From positions 160,001 to 224,000 of the forward strand of contig CAWDSK010000001.1 in NCBI GenBank assembly GCA_963804995.1: DNA of 64,000 nucleotides, given 5' to 3'. This stretch comes from an uncultured Acidobacteriota bacterium (GTDB taxonomy: Bacteria > Acidobacteriota > Terriglobia > UBA7540). Shown here piece by piece: positions 9,624 through 18,828 of this stretch; the first letter of the stretch is position 1, and every line of letters starts with the position of its first letter. The notes beneath the pieces are model-generated. The model was not told the DNA's origin and did no database searches. It was given only the letters and a program-made list of their open reading frames with translations. Made by a program: the position numbers and the translations under genes.

Positions 9624-11987
9624 TTGAAGGCAATCGAAGCTGTAATCCTGACCATAATGCTGGTAGTTCTTCTACTCCTTCTGATGCCGAGCGGCGACAC
9701 GCGGACGGCCACGGTCATTCTGGTAGTTGCCACTATATTACTATTCCTCTTCGGCCTGCGGCGGCGACCTAGGCAGTCTGAGTTGGCCCGTGCTATTGCC
9801 CTGTACCATGTTCGACAAATTAAATCTGCACTTGGACTTTCCGATCTTCAGATCGGCGCATCGTACCCCCTATATCAACTGGATGGAAATAGCCCTCGCA
9901 CCCACGATGTTAAGCTCATCTCAAGCACTGGGGAGGATAAGGGCTACATCGTAGCCAATCTGGATAGAGCGGAGTTTCCGATACCCGAATTCACCACGAA
10001 AGGGCCGTGTTTAACCGAGCAGTTCCGAAAGAAACTAGGACGCAGAGATTTTCGAATCGTCTGGATAAATCCAACGTACTCTCTTGCCTTAGACAAAGAC
10101 GGTAAGATACTCACAACGATTGGAAGCGATCTTTTCCCGGATCGGCCAGATAGTGAACAAAGTGCCAAGCCTACTGAAAGGGAATTCCTGCAATTCATCC
10201 GCGAAGCTCAAGAAAAATGGCGTGCTCGTCACAAAAAGGCTGTTGCCGAGGCGTGGCGCATGCTGCCCGGTGGTGGAACGAACACTACCGACTTGGTGGA
10301 GGACCAGCCAACCGGCAATTATTCAATCGACTATGCTGAAGGGTATGAACGAGAGCCTGACTTTCGCCAAATTCCTCCAGGAGTTGGTGCAAATACCAAA
10401 GACTATTACTCCGGATGCGGCCCTACAGCATGGGCCACTTTGATCGCTTGGCATGACCTGAATTGGACTCCAGAACTACTACGGGGATCCGAGAACTACA
10501 ATGGGGGTGACTACGGATCCCCAGTCGAACCCGCATGGAACACTTATATAGACCGGGTGATCATGGAGCTGGGGCGCAAGGAGTACTTGGATACCCATAA
10601 GTCCTCTAAAGATGGTGGATATACGTCCGATGCCAAGATGGAGCACGGCTTTGATTACATCCGGCAGGAACTCGGGCGTGACTTCACGGGTAGGGCAACA
10701 GGGGATGACAATCTCCAAAAAGTCTACGACTCCATCATCATTGACAGGCGACCGGTTCTGATAAAGACCCCCAGTCATTTCTGTGTTGCCGCTGGCTTTT
10801 GGTTCGACAATGACGGGCAGAATCACTACTTACTGTTGAATACAGGATGGGGCGCTTCCGACAAATGGATCAAAAGCAAGTACTCTCAGAAGTACTGGTA
10901 CCTGAAAGATGTGCTCCCAGGTACGGAATTGACTGTACCGAACATCTCCCCAGTGCGAGCGCATGGTCCGGTTCTGTGTACATCCCCCTCGCCAAGTGGA
11001 GTTCATGACAGCCTTTGGGCGTTTTGGATGAACGGAGACCAGGGGCGTATCGAGTGTGCGAGGTCTACTGGCTGGCAAAGCCTCACGTACATGCCCGATC
11101 CACATGACGCCCTCGATGGCCCAGCGATCTACCCTCCAGCAGTAGCTGCTGAGGTGGATTCACAGAGAATCTACCTCCTGTGGGTTGACGATGCGCATAG
11201 GATGCACCTCATCCGCTGGGAGGGCCCGGAGAAGGATTGGACTCGGCTCGAGTTCCCGTCTGACCTCAAGACTCTTGTTAGGCCAGCGATTGTCGGCCGA
11301 CAAGGGGACTGGCTAACAGTTGCATTTTCGGACGATCGATACGGTCTTCAGGTAATATCCACTTGCCGGGATGTTCAGCGTCCCAATCCCCATCCTTGGC
11401 CTGATCAAATCGGCTGTCATCAGGCCGATTGTTACTGGGACCAGGTAGACCCCTTTGGGACGCCCACGAGCCTCAGCATGGTCACTTTTCAAGGCCCGAC
11501 CCCTATTCAAGACCAGACAGTTCTGGCGTGGCTACGTGCAGCAAACTACCTCGAACGCGCTGGGCACATAGCATTCCGTCTTGCAAAACCGGACGGCAGT
11601 TTTTGTGGCTACGTCGATTCCACGCTAGATCTAGGTAACGGGTCATTGAATCTTGCTGTATCCAACAAGACTTTGTTCGCAACATATCGAGATTGGGAGG
11701 GTCGTGTTGCGATTTGCTACCTCCAGCCCACGCTTCCTAATTGGGGCCAAAATCCGTATAATCCGTCTACTCCGGTTTGGATACCTGCTCAACTATCGTG
11801 GGCGGAAGTGGCTCGGCTCACTGAGACCTGCGAAGAGGATCCATACCTCGGTTTCATTGACCTTGAGCAAGGGAAGCACCCCCAATTGGTACTCGGCCGG
11901 ACGTCGACGATCGGTCCGATGTACTTGCGGCTCTTGAGCATGGATGTTCCCAGTGCGAGGTTGGACTACAGAGGAATACCGTACTGA
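9624..11987 (+). CDS. Membrane-anchored papain-like cysteine protease (C10/C39-like) with a long uncharacterised C-terminal domain
   Basis: Two N-terminal hydrophobic segments; YSGCGPTAWA (Cys), SHFCVAAGF (His), LNTGWG (Asn); AAGGAGG RBS; visibly less GC-biased than neighbours. Confidence 0.7.
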   Translation: MKAIEAVILTIMLVVLLLLLMPSGDTRTATVILVVATILLFLFGLRRRPRQSELARAIALYHVRQIKSALGLSDLQIGASYPLYQLDGNSPRTHDVKLISSTGEDKGYIVANLDRAEFPIPEFTTKGPCLTEQFRKKLGRRDFRIVWINPTYSLALDKDGKILTTIGSDLFPDRPDSEQSAKPTEREFLQFIREAQEKWRARHKKAVAEAWRMLPGGGTNTTDLVEDQPTGNYSIDYAEGYEREPDFRQIPPGVGANTKDYYSGCGPTAWATLIAWHDLNWTPELLRGSENYNGGDYGSPVEPAWNTYIDRVIMELGRKEYLDTHKSSKDGGYTSDAKMEHGFDYIRQELGRDFTGRATGDDNLQKVYDSIIIDRRPVLIKTPSHFCVAAGFWFDNDGQNHYLLLNTGWGASDKWIKSKYSQKYWYLKDVLPGTELTVPNISPVRAHGPVLCTSPSPSGVHDSLWAFWMNGDQGRIECARSTGWQSLTYMPDPHDALDGPAIYPPAVAAEVDSQRIYLLWVDDAHRMHLIRWEGPEKDWTRLEFPSDLKTLVRPAIVGRQGDWLTVAFSDDRYGLQVISTCRDVQRPNPHPWPDQIGCHQADCYWDQVDPFGTPTSLSMVTFQGPTPIQDQTVLAWLRAANYLERAGHIAFRLAKPDGSFCGYVDSTLDLGNGSLNLAVSNKTLFATYRDWEGRVAICYLQPTLPNWGQNPYNPSTPVWIPAQLSWAEVARLTETCEEDPYLGFIDLEQGKHPQLVLGRTSTIGPMYLRLLSMDVPSARLDYRGIPY

Positions 11988-12042
11988 ACTAGCTGTCGCG
12001 GACCAGCAGGGCGAGTCGGGAACACTTCGTTAGTTAGGACAT

Positions 12043-12180
12043 GTGATCTTGCATCGCTCCGTCGCCATCGACCGCCGGGACGCCATTCAGCCGGCGTTCG
12101 ACGCTCTGCTCGGGATTGTCGATCAGGTGCTGGACGTTACGCGGAGCGCCGCCGAGGAGATTGTCCTGGGACATCGACGG
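12043..12180 (+). pseudogene. Internal fragment of a VapC/PIN toxin
   Basis: [31 protein letters not shown] resembles the middle of PIN proteins (from recall); ends at the intron remnant. Confidence 0.5.
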
Positions 12181-12181
12181 A

Positions 12182-12270
12182 ATCGGGATAGGGGGGATAC
12201 CTCGCGGCTCCGCCCCTCCCACACCACCGGACATGCGGGTCCGCATCGGGCGGTTCGGCGGGTTGAGCTA
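12182..12270 (-). mobile_element. Group II intron 3' remnant (domains V-VI), class C-like
   Basis: Minus strand GAACCGCCCGATGCGGACCCGCATGTCCGGTGGTGTGGGAGGGG...CCCTATCCCGAT; CGC triad; no RT ORF upstream. Confidence 0.88.
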
Positions 12271-12383
12271 AGAACCGGCGGCGAGGCAAGGCAAACCGCA
12301 GGTGGCGGATACGTCCAGGCGCTGTTTGCCGGGATGTATGCTGCCTTCTAAGGCAGTTATATGACCGGGTGCCCCGGCAGAAA

Positions 12384-12560
12384 CATAAGTACAGGGAACA
12401 GGGAATAGGGAACAGGGAACGGAAGTACAGGGAATAGGGAACGGAAGGACAGGGAACAGGGAATAGGTGACAGGGAACAGAATAACAGGGAACAGAAAAG
12501 AGGGAACAGGGAACAGAAGTACAGGGAGTAGGGAATAGGGAATTGGGATTTGGGACTAGC
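12384..12560. repeat. Tandem heptamer array (AGGGAAC/AGGGAAT)n
   Basis: More than 20 imperfect copies. Confidence 0.92.
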
Positions 12561-12597
12561 CACTAACCGCTAACGTGGGGAAGCGCAGGGTCGTCCT

Positions 12598-12632
12598 TAA
12601 TCCAAAATCCAAAATCGAAAATCCAAAATCAA
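12598..12632. repeat. (AATCCAA/AATCGAA)n heptamer array
   Basis: aatccaaaatccaaaatcgaaaatccaaaatc directly after the phoB stop. Confidence 0.85.
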
Positions 12633-13346
12633 TCAGGCCTCAACGCCTTCCATCACTTCCGGTGAAAAACGATAACCGCTGCCCCGGACTGTCTGGAGGA
12701 AATGCGGGCGGTTGGGCAGTTCTTCGATCTTCTCGCGCAGGCGGCGAATGTGCACATCCACCGTACGTGGCGTCACAAAGCGGTCGCGGCCCCAAACCTC
12801 GTCCAGCAGGCGGTCGCGGTCGAACACGTGACGGGGGTGTGAGGCGAGGAAATAGAGCAGCTTGAACTCCAGGGCGCTCAGCTCCACCAGGCGCCCGCGC
12901 ACCGTGACTTCCTGGGTGCGCGTGTCCAGCTTCAGGGCGCCCGATTCCACCACTTCGCGCTTTTCCGCTGTGCGTTCCTGGCGACGCAATACGGCCTTGA
13001 CCCGGGCCACCAGTTCACGCGGGCTGAAGGGTTTTACGACGTAATCGTCCGCACCGATTTCCAGGCCCAGAACGCGGTCCATCTCCTCACCCTTGGCGGT
13101 AAGAAAGATGACGGGCAGACCCTTCATGCGCTCGTCGGCGCGCAGGCGCTTGCAGATGTCGAACCCGTCTTCATCGGGCAAGAGGATGTCCAGCAGAACA
13201 AGGTCGGCGGGATTGCGCCGCAAATATTCTAAACCATCGCGGCCGCGCGTAAAGCTCTCAACTTCGAAGCCTTCTTTGCGGAAGTTGTACCGAACCAGTT
13301 CAACGATGTCACGTTCGTCTTCAATGATGACCACGCGTTGTCGCAC
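12633..13346 (-). CDS. phoB: PhoB/PhoP-type OmpR response regulator
   Basis: REC domain (IIEDE, LLDILLP, KPFSPREL) plus winged helix (RTVDVHIRRLREKIE, TVRGSGYRF). Confidence 0.88.
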   Translation of the reverse strand: MRQRVVIIEDERDIVELVRYNFRKEGFEVESFTRGRDGLEYLRRNPADLVLLDILLPDEDGFDICKRLRADERMKGLPVIFLTAKGEEMDRVLGLEIGADDYVVKPFSPRELVARVKAVLRRQERTAEKREVVESGALKLDTRTQEVTVRGRLVELSALEFKLLYFLASHPRHVFDRDRLLDEVWGRDRFVTPRTVDVHIRRLREKIEELPNRPHFLQTVRGSGYRFSPEVMEGVEA

Positions 13347-13352
13347 GGGAGA

Positions 13353-13407
13353 ATTATAGCATTCTCAATGTTACGGGAGTGTGAATAGATGAAAAGCCCG
13401 ATGTGAC
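13353..13407 (-). promoter_or_regulatory. Pho-box-like repeats plus extended -10 of a leaderless phoB promoter
   Basis: GTCAC (13403), TTCAC (13381), GTAAC (13370) in 22/11-bp register, 10 nt before TATAAT (preceded by TGc), which lies 6 nt before the GTG start. Confidence 0.65.
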
Positions 13408-13685
13408 GGCGATTGGCGTTTTTGGGTGACACGTGAAAGGCGGGGGTGGCAGCTCAGCGATAGTGCCGAGGGTCGCCACTTTCTCCCAACTCATGCTTTT
13501 TCAGTGAGATAGCGCACGTGCGAGATTGGCAAGGGAAACGCTCGTGAGTAGGTGGCGGCTGCGGCTGCGCCAATCGCAGGTGGAATCAGGAACCGGCCTG
13601 AATTTCTCACCACAGGTTTGGAAGGGCTGGGGTTATGGTTTTTGAATCCTTAAATTGTCAATTTTTCCGACGCCTTGAGCATGCA

Positions 13686-13878
13686 AGTAACCCCTCATCC
13701 GACCTCCTCCGTCGACCACCTTCTTCCGCCACGGCGGATCTGCGACCCCTGGGGAGAAGGCTATTATCTAGCGTGGTTACGGCGCGGCACCTCACCTTGA
13801 GTAACCGCCCTCTCCAAGGGGAGAGGGTGGACCGCAGCCGGCGTTTTCATCAGCCGGGGCGGGACGGGTGAGGGGTCA
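13686..13878. repeat. ~190-bp palindrome-rich MITE/REP-like element, copy 1
   Basis: Close reverse complement of 48152-48346; CCCTCTCC...GGAGAGGG hairpins. Confidence 0.85.
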
Positions 13879-13952
13879 CTCGCGGGTTGGGGGCGTTTGA
13901 GAATTTCAGGAATTAAAAAACCATCGGCCCCGCCGTTAAGAAGTTTATCCCC

Positions 13953-14918
13953 ATGCCCCGCACCCTAATTCGCCGCTTTTCGTGTACGGGAGCAAACACC
14001 GTGAGTTCTACCCTCCCCATTTCGCTGGCTCGATCCCGAAGCATTCCTTCGCTGCGCCTGCGATTCAGTTTTACATTGGCTGAGAAGATCACCCTCACAT
14101 ACTTCGCATACATCATCCTCGCAGCATGCGCGTTCGGCTTGGCCACGCGCGACCTGTGCGTCATTATCGCGCTCAATACGCTGGTTGCCGCCACCATGAT
14201 CGGGCTCAACCGAATCTCCAACCGCGCCCCGTGGCTGGCCGTCGCGAGCGACCTTTTCCCTGCCCTGCTGCTTCTGGTTGCGTATCGAGAATCAGGCCTC
14301 TTGCTCAAACCTGATTCGACGCATCGCCTGGACTTTATCTTCATTCAATTCGACCGCGTGCTGCTAGGGAACGCGTTCGTTCGCGCCGCGCTCGATGCCG
14401 GAGCGCCCTGGCTACAGCATTATCTGGAATTCGCCTATCTGCTCTGCTATCCGCTGGTGCCGCTGGGCGTGGCCGCAATCTATATCGCGCCACGCGACGG
14501 CAGACCAGGCGAACCAAGCCAGTGTGCCTTGGACGATTTCTGGGCAACGGTTGTTCTGGCCACACTGTTCTGCTACGCCGTGTATCCCTTCTTCCCTTTG
14601 ACGCCACCGCGCGTGCTGTTCCACGACGTGCCGGGGCCGCACATCGAGCCGCTGCTACGCCAATGGAATTTCTGGTTACTCGATCATTACAGCGTGCAAG
14701 CCTGCATCTTTCCGAGCGGCCACGTGGCGGTGGTGACCGCCGTGGCGCTGGCCGTCCGCAAACACGCCCCACGCTTCGGCGCACTGTTCCTGTTTCTCGC
14801 CGTGAGTGTGGCGTTCGCCACCGTATACGGCCGCTACCACTATGCCGCGGACGCCTTCGCCGGCGCGCTGGTGGGTGTCGCAGCATTTCTGATTTCACAA
14901 GGTCTGCGGAGTAGATGA
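13953..14918 (+). CDS. PAP2-superfamily membrane phosphatase/phosphotransferase (Aur1-like)
   Basis: Multi-TM; PLTPPR, FPSGH, GRYHYAAD motifs; exact start uncertain. Confidence 0.85.
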   Translation: MPRTLIRRFSCTGANTVSSTLPISLARSRSIPSLRLRFSFTLAEKITLTYFAYIILAACAFGLATRDLCVIIALNTLVAATMIGLNRISNRAPWLAVASDLFPALLLLVAYRESGLLLKPDSTHRLDFIFIQFDRVLLGNAFVRAALDAGAPWLQHYLEFAYLLCYPLVPLGVAAIYIAPRDGRPGEPSQCALDDFWATVVLATLFCYAVYPFFPLTPPRVLFHDVPGPHIEPLLRQWNFWLLDHYSVQACIFPSGHVAVVTAVALAVRKHAPRFGALFLFLAVSVAFATVYGRYHYAADAFAGALVGVAAFLISQGLRSR

Positions 14919-14963
14919 GCAAGCGTAGCGCCTGTTTGGTAGGTCCGCGGCACTTCGGCATGG

Positions 14964-15260
14964 TCAGTGCTGCTGGGTATCGCGCGGTCGTAGGTCGTCC
15001 GGATGGATAGGTGTGATTCCGGTAAAGCGCTCAAAGTCCTTCGAGTTTAGAGTCAGCAGATGAGAGACGTTATTCACATTCATGACAGCGGCCAGGCGCG
15101 CATCATGAACTTGAACGCCGGAGACGCCACACTCCATAACTATCCGACGCCATCGGGCGTAGGTCGCCTCCGTCTCGGGCAAGAATAGAAATTGCTGTTC
15201 GATGAGTTGGAGACGTCGGTCTGTCTCGCGAAGGGGCAAACCTAAACCATCATCAATCAT
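14964..15260 (-). pseudogene. VapC/PIN toxin lacking its N-terminal catalytic segment
   Basis: C-terminal GVQVHDARLAAVM...LLTLNSKDF present; start overlaps the antitoxin end but jumps directly from MID to DGLGL. Confidence 0.7.
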
Positions 15261-15510
15261 GGTCCTGGTAGATCGCCGCGCGCCGGAAGGTCTCGTTCGC
15301 GAGGCCGGGAACCGGTTCGATGCCTTGGCGCAATTCCTGGAGCCAGGCATGAAAATTCTTGGATGTCCGAGTTTTCGCCGAGCGGGGTGCCTGGCGTTGG
15401 GCCAACTCGGTCAGCGCCTCCTCAACAATCTGCGCCGGCTCGCGGCCCGGTGAACGAGCCAGTTGCTGGCGGAGCGCCTGTTCGGCCTGAGGTGTAAGGG
15501 TTACCTGCAT
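15253..15510 (-). CDS. Putative antitoxin
   Basis: 85 aa; MQVTLTPQAEQAL...ETFRRAAIYQDHD; directly upstream of the PIN gene. Confidence 0.7.
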   Translation of the reverse strand: MQVTLTPQAEQALRQQLARSPGREPAQIVEEALTELAQRQAPRSAKTRTSKNFHAWLQELRQGIEPVPGLANETFRRAAIYQDHD

Positions 15511-15719
15511 GTAGATCAGTATAACTTAGGGCGCCTGCGCCATCAAAGAGCAATCCAGAATCGCGGACCATGAGTCTGCCGCTGCCCGACCAGCGGTCTC
15601 GTTTTTGACCCGGAAAGAAAAGCGTATGGGGATTGCGCCATCCTACGAAACTTATCAAGAGCGGGGCGGAATGTGATACTCCTAACCTCCCAACTGGTGA
15701 GACAGGAAGGTCGTGGAAA

Positions 15720-16619
15720 ATGAAGCTCTGCTCTTTAGTTCTCGTGTTCGTCTCGATCCAGCTTTTCGCACAGGGCCCAGGAAATACAGTCCGGCAGAAC
15801 CCCCAACCTCGGACCCAATTGGAGGATAACGAGCTACAGTCCCGCGCCTGGTTTGCGGAAAGGCGCAAGGAGCATCCTGACCTTAAGCAGGTCGCGGAGG
15901 GAAAGTATTTGTATACCGATCCCGACACGACGCCTGCGCCGAGTTCATCCTACGACGCCTGGACGCTCTGGAAATCCCCAGACGGCGAATTTGAGGTGAG
16001 CGGCGCGTTGGAATTCCCAGACGAGTCCGTTCCCTATTGGATCAAACTCACCCCCCGGATGCGGCCCACGGCTTTCAAGTTCTTCCGGATGGACCAGACC
16101 TCCATCGCCTGCCGGCGAACTCCCTCAGAACTGCGCTGCGAACAGACCAACGACGCAGGCAAGGTCCTGCGCACTGCAAATGATGCGATCAACGACACGA
16201 CTGAGATCTTCATGCCCATTACTTTTTTCTGGGCTGGACAGACCCGCGGTGCAGAATTCCATGGCGATGCAGCTATCCGCTTGACCTTCCTCGCGCAAGG
16301 TGGAGAGACGGAGACATTTCCTGTTTCCTTTTCCCCGATCGGTGCGTCACTTCGGGTGCTGCGGCGCGGGAAATACCCCATCTTGCACAGTGAAATCGAC
16401 GCTGCAGAATTCCAGTTGGACATGCAAGACCCGTCGGAAAGACCGGCCAACCCTCCCCACGCTCCAGGCGCCCCTCCCGGCTCAGCGCCTCAGCAACCGT
16501 TGTCCCCCGTTTTGAAGTTATGGGTTTCCGCCAAGGGGATTCTACTTTCTGCCTCTCCGACCGACCCCGAGGAGGGAAACGTTCGTCTGGTGGAATTCAA
16601 GAAGCTTGCGGAGTTTTGA
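15720..16619 (+). CDS. Hypothetical secreted protein
   Basis: Signal-like MKLCSLVLVFVSIQLFAQ; 299 aa; no recognisable motif. Confidence 0.7.
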   Translation: MKLCSLVLVFVSIQLFAQGPGNTVRQNPQPRTQLEDNELQSRAWFAERRKEHPDLKQVAEGKYLYTDPDTTPAPSSSYDAWTLWKSPDGEFEVSGALEFPDESVPYWIKLTPRMRPTAFKFFRMDQTSIACRRTPSELRCEQTNDAGKVLRTANDAINDTTEIFMPITFFWAGQTRGAEFHGDAAIRLTFLAQGGETETFPVSFSPIGASLRVLRRGKYPILHSEIDAAEFQLDMQDPSERPANPPHAPGAPPGSAPQQPLSPVLKLWVSAKGILLSASPTDPEEGNVRLVEFKKLAEF

Positions 16620-16650
16620 GACCATCTGTAAGCGCCTTGGAAGGCTGGCG

Positions 16651-18563
16651 GTTGCGGTAGGGATACCGGTTACCCGGTACCCCCCGCACGGATCCGTACG
16701 TGCGCTGGTTAGCGCATACGGCTCTTATCTCGGATGTGTGGCGGCGAACCGTTGGGATGGCCAAGGATGCACAACGTGCGGAGCAGGCAACCAGCAGGCC
16801 GCAAGCTTCCCCAGTCGGTCCCAGTTGAGGCGGTGGCGTTGACTGCGTTGACGCAGTTGCGTTCGCCACAGTCGGGTCAACCGTTCCCGAAAGATTCGCA
16901 GGCGGTTGAGGTTTCCCGGTACCGCGTGATAGTTGAAGTAGCCTTGCACGACCGACCGGAGCCATTTACCCGTATCCGCGATGGGATCGTGCCGACGCTG
17001 CCGGAGTTGTTGCTTGAGTTCCTGCAACTTCCCCCGCAGGCGCTTGCTGATCGTCTTCCGCTTCACGGTAAATTGCCCCCTCCGGTTCTTCCCGCTGATA
17101 TGCGTGAAGCCCAGAAAGTCGAACGTCTCCGGCTTACCTTCTCCTCTCCGTTTCCGGTAAAGTTCGGCAAACGGCCCGAACTCGATCCGGCGCGTTTTGT
17201 CAGGATGCAGTTCCAATCCAAACTTCCCCACCCGCTCCCGGAAATCCTCCAGAAAGCGGTCGGCTTCCGTCTGCGATTGGAATCCAAGGACCGTATCGTC
17301 GGCATACCGCACCACGACCACGTCTCCCCGGGCGTGCTTCTTGCGCCACGCCTGCACCCACAGGTCAAAGACGTAGTGCAGATAGATATTCGCCAGCAGG
17401 GGCGAGACCACCGCCCCTTGTGGCGTACCCATCTCCGTCTCCGACCATTCGCCTTCCTCCCTCACCCCGGCTTTCAGCCATTTCTGGATGAGCCGGAGAA
17501 TCCGGGGGTCGGCGACGCGATGCTGCACGAACTTGAGCATCCATTCGTGGGATATCGAATCGAAAAATCCACGAATGTCCGCGTCAAGAACGTAGTTCAC
17601 GTGCTTCACCGTGAGCGCGTACGAGAGCGCGTCCAGCGCTTGATGCTGGCTGCATCCCGGTCGAAAGCCATACGAGAAGCCCAGAAAGTCTTCCTCGTAA
17701 ATCGCCTTGAGGATGGTGACCACGGCCTGTTGGACGATCTTGTCCTCCAGTGCCGCAACCCCCAACGGACGTTGCCGCCCGTCGCCTTTCGGGATATACG
17801 CCCTTCGCGAGGGCTTCGCTCGGAATGCTCCGCGGTGGACCCGGCTGTGCAGATCGACGAGTCGACCTTCCAGCCCGCTTTCATACTCCTGCCACGTCAT
17901 GCCGTCTACTCCCGGTGCAGCTTTTCGCTTCAAGGCGTAAAAGCTTTCCCGCAGCAGATCGACCGTTAAGTGGTGGAGCAAGGCCGTGAACTTCATCTCC
18001 CTGTGTTCCTTCGCGGCTTTCCGCACACCCGCGAGTCCCTGGGACACGCGTGCCCCGCTCTGTGTCGGGTGCGTGTTAGGCCAACGGGTGTTCTCCTTGA
18101 TCAGCGGCCTTCCCTCCTCATTCTCCGCCAACGGCTTCCCGTCTTTGTTCAAATGATTCATCGGTACTGTTCCGCTGTCCGACTCCTCGAAAGCGTGCAG
18201 GCGGGCTGTACGGCCATCGCCTTTTCCCGCCGTCCGGCCACGATCTACGGCGGCCGGCGCCTCCGAGGTCTCCCGGTTCTCGTGCAGAAAGTGTCTAGGC
18301 GTGTCTGGGGTCTACGACTACGCAGGACTGTGCCGGAACTCGCGTTGGCGTCCCGGCCTCATGTTGCCTTCCGTTTAGTCTGAAAACGTCGGCGTCCTGA
18401 TTGGACATTTTCGAAGCTCAATACCCAGCCCACCTATTCCCCTGTTTACGCTTCACCGTGCGCCTCACGACGCCCAGCGCAAAACTCGGGGCCGAGTGGA
18501 TCGCTGCTCCTTCCTCGTGAGAAATTTTCATTCTCTGCTTTCTGCCGGTTTATCCCGGCGCAC
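16651..18563 (-). mobile_element. Complete group II intron
   Basis: 5' GTGCGCCGGGATAAACCGGC at 18563; D5 GAGCCGTATGCGCTAACCAGCGCACGTACGGATC; 3' end CCCTACCGCAAC at 16651; internal RT ORF. Confidence 0.93.
16725..18161 (-). CDS. ltrA: Group II intron reverse transcriptase/maturase, no endonuclease domain
   Basis: APGVDG, RPLG, GTPQG, RYADD, FDFLGF, domain X (GYFNYH). Confidence 0.96.
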   Translation of the reverse strand: MNHLNKDGKPLAENEEGRPLIKENTRWPNTHPTQSGARVSQGLAGVRKAAKEHREMKFTALLHHLTVDLLRESFYALKRKAAPGVDGMTWQEYESGLEGRLVDLHSRVHRGAFRAKPSRRAYIPKGDGRQRPLGVAALEDKIVQQAVVTILKAIYEEDFLGFSYGFRPGCSQHQALDALSYALTVKHVNYVLDADIRGFFDSISHEWMLKFVQHRVADPRILRLIQKWLKAGVREEGEWSETEMGTPQGAVVSPLLANIYLHYVFDLWVQAWRKKHARGDVVVVRYADDTVLGFQSQTEADRFLEDFRERVGKFGLELHPDKTRRIEFGPFAELYRKRRGEGKPETFDFLGFTHISGKNRRGQFTVKRKTISKRLRGKLQELKQQLRQRRHDPIADTGKWLRSVVQGYFNYHAVPGNLNRLRIFRERLTRLWRTQLRQRSQRHRLNWDRLGKLAACWLPAPHVVHPWPSQRFAATHPR

Positions 18564-18637
18564 CAGACCCCTGACCTTTGGGTCTGCGATGACCTGAAGG
18601 GGCAGGGGTCGGTTGCGGCTTATTAGCGTCCCTGGGA

Positions 18638-18714
18638 GATCGCAGACCCCCGAGAGAAGGGTCTCTGCGCCAGCCTGCCGTCCCGCCATATGGCGAGGTA
18701 AACTCGCCGCTACA
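18638..18714. repeat. Two adjacent REP-like palindromes
   Basis: tcgcagacccccgagagaagggtctctgcgccagcc, and ccgccatatggcgaggtaaactcgccgctaca (reverse copy at about 50339-50370). Confidence 0.7.
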
Positions 18715-18828
18715 AAATCAAATGGATACGCTATCCGGCTCCCATCCCGCTTGACGCGCCTGCCGTGCGGGATTTAGCATGGGAGGTTGGGGTTTTCTCG
18801 AAATTCCTCACTGTAGGGCTCAGGGCAA

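Noticed and set aside
9590..12040. Integron cassette (GTTAGGG before the gene, GTTAGGAC after it)
   Set aside because: No matching RYYYAAC box or convincing attC hairpin, and no integrase in the window.
12034..12246. 70-aa [14 protein letters not shown]...
   Set aside because: Spurious translation of group II intron domains V-VI.
12357..12563. Cys/Phe/Leu-rich 68-aa ORF
   Set aside because: Translation of the heptamer tandem array.
18785..18810. LexA box upstream of uvrA
   Set aside because: Best candidate GTTT-N7-ATTC has two mismatches to GTTC-N7-GTTC; too weak.
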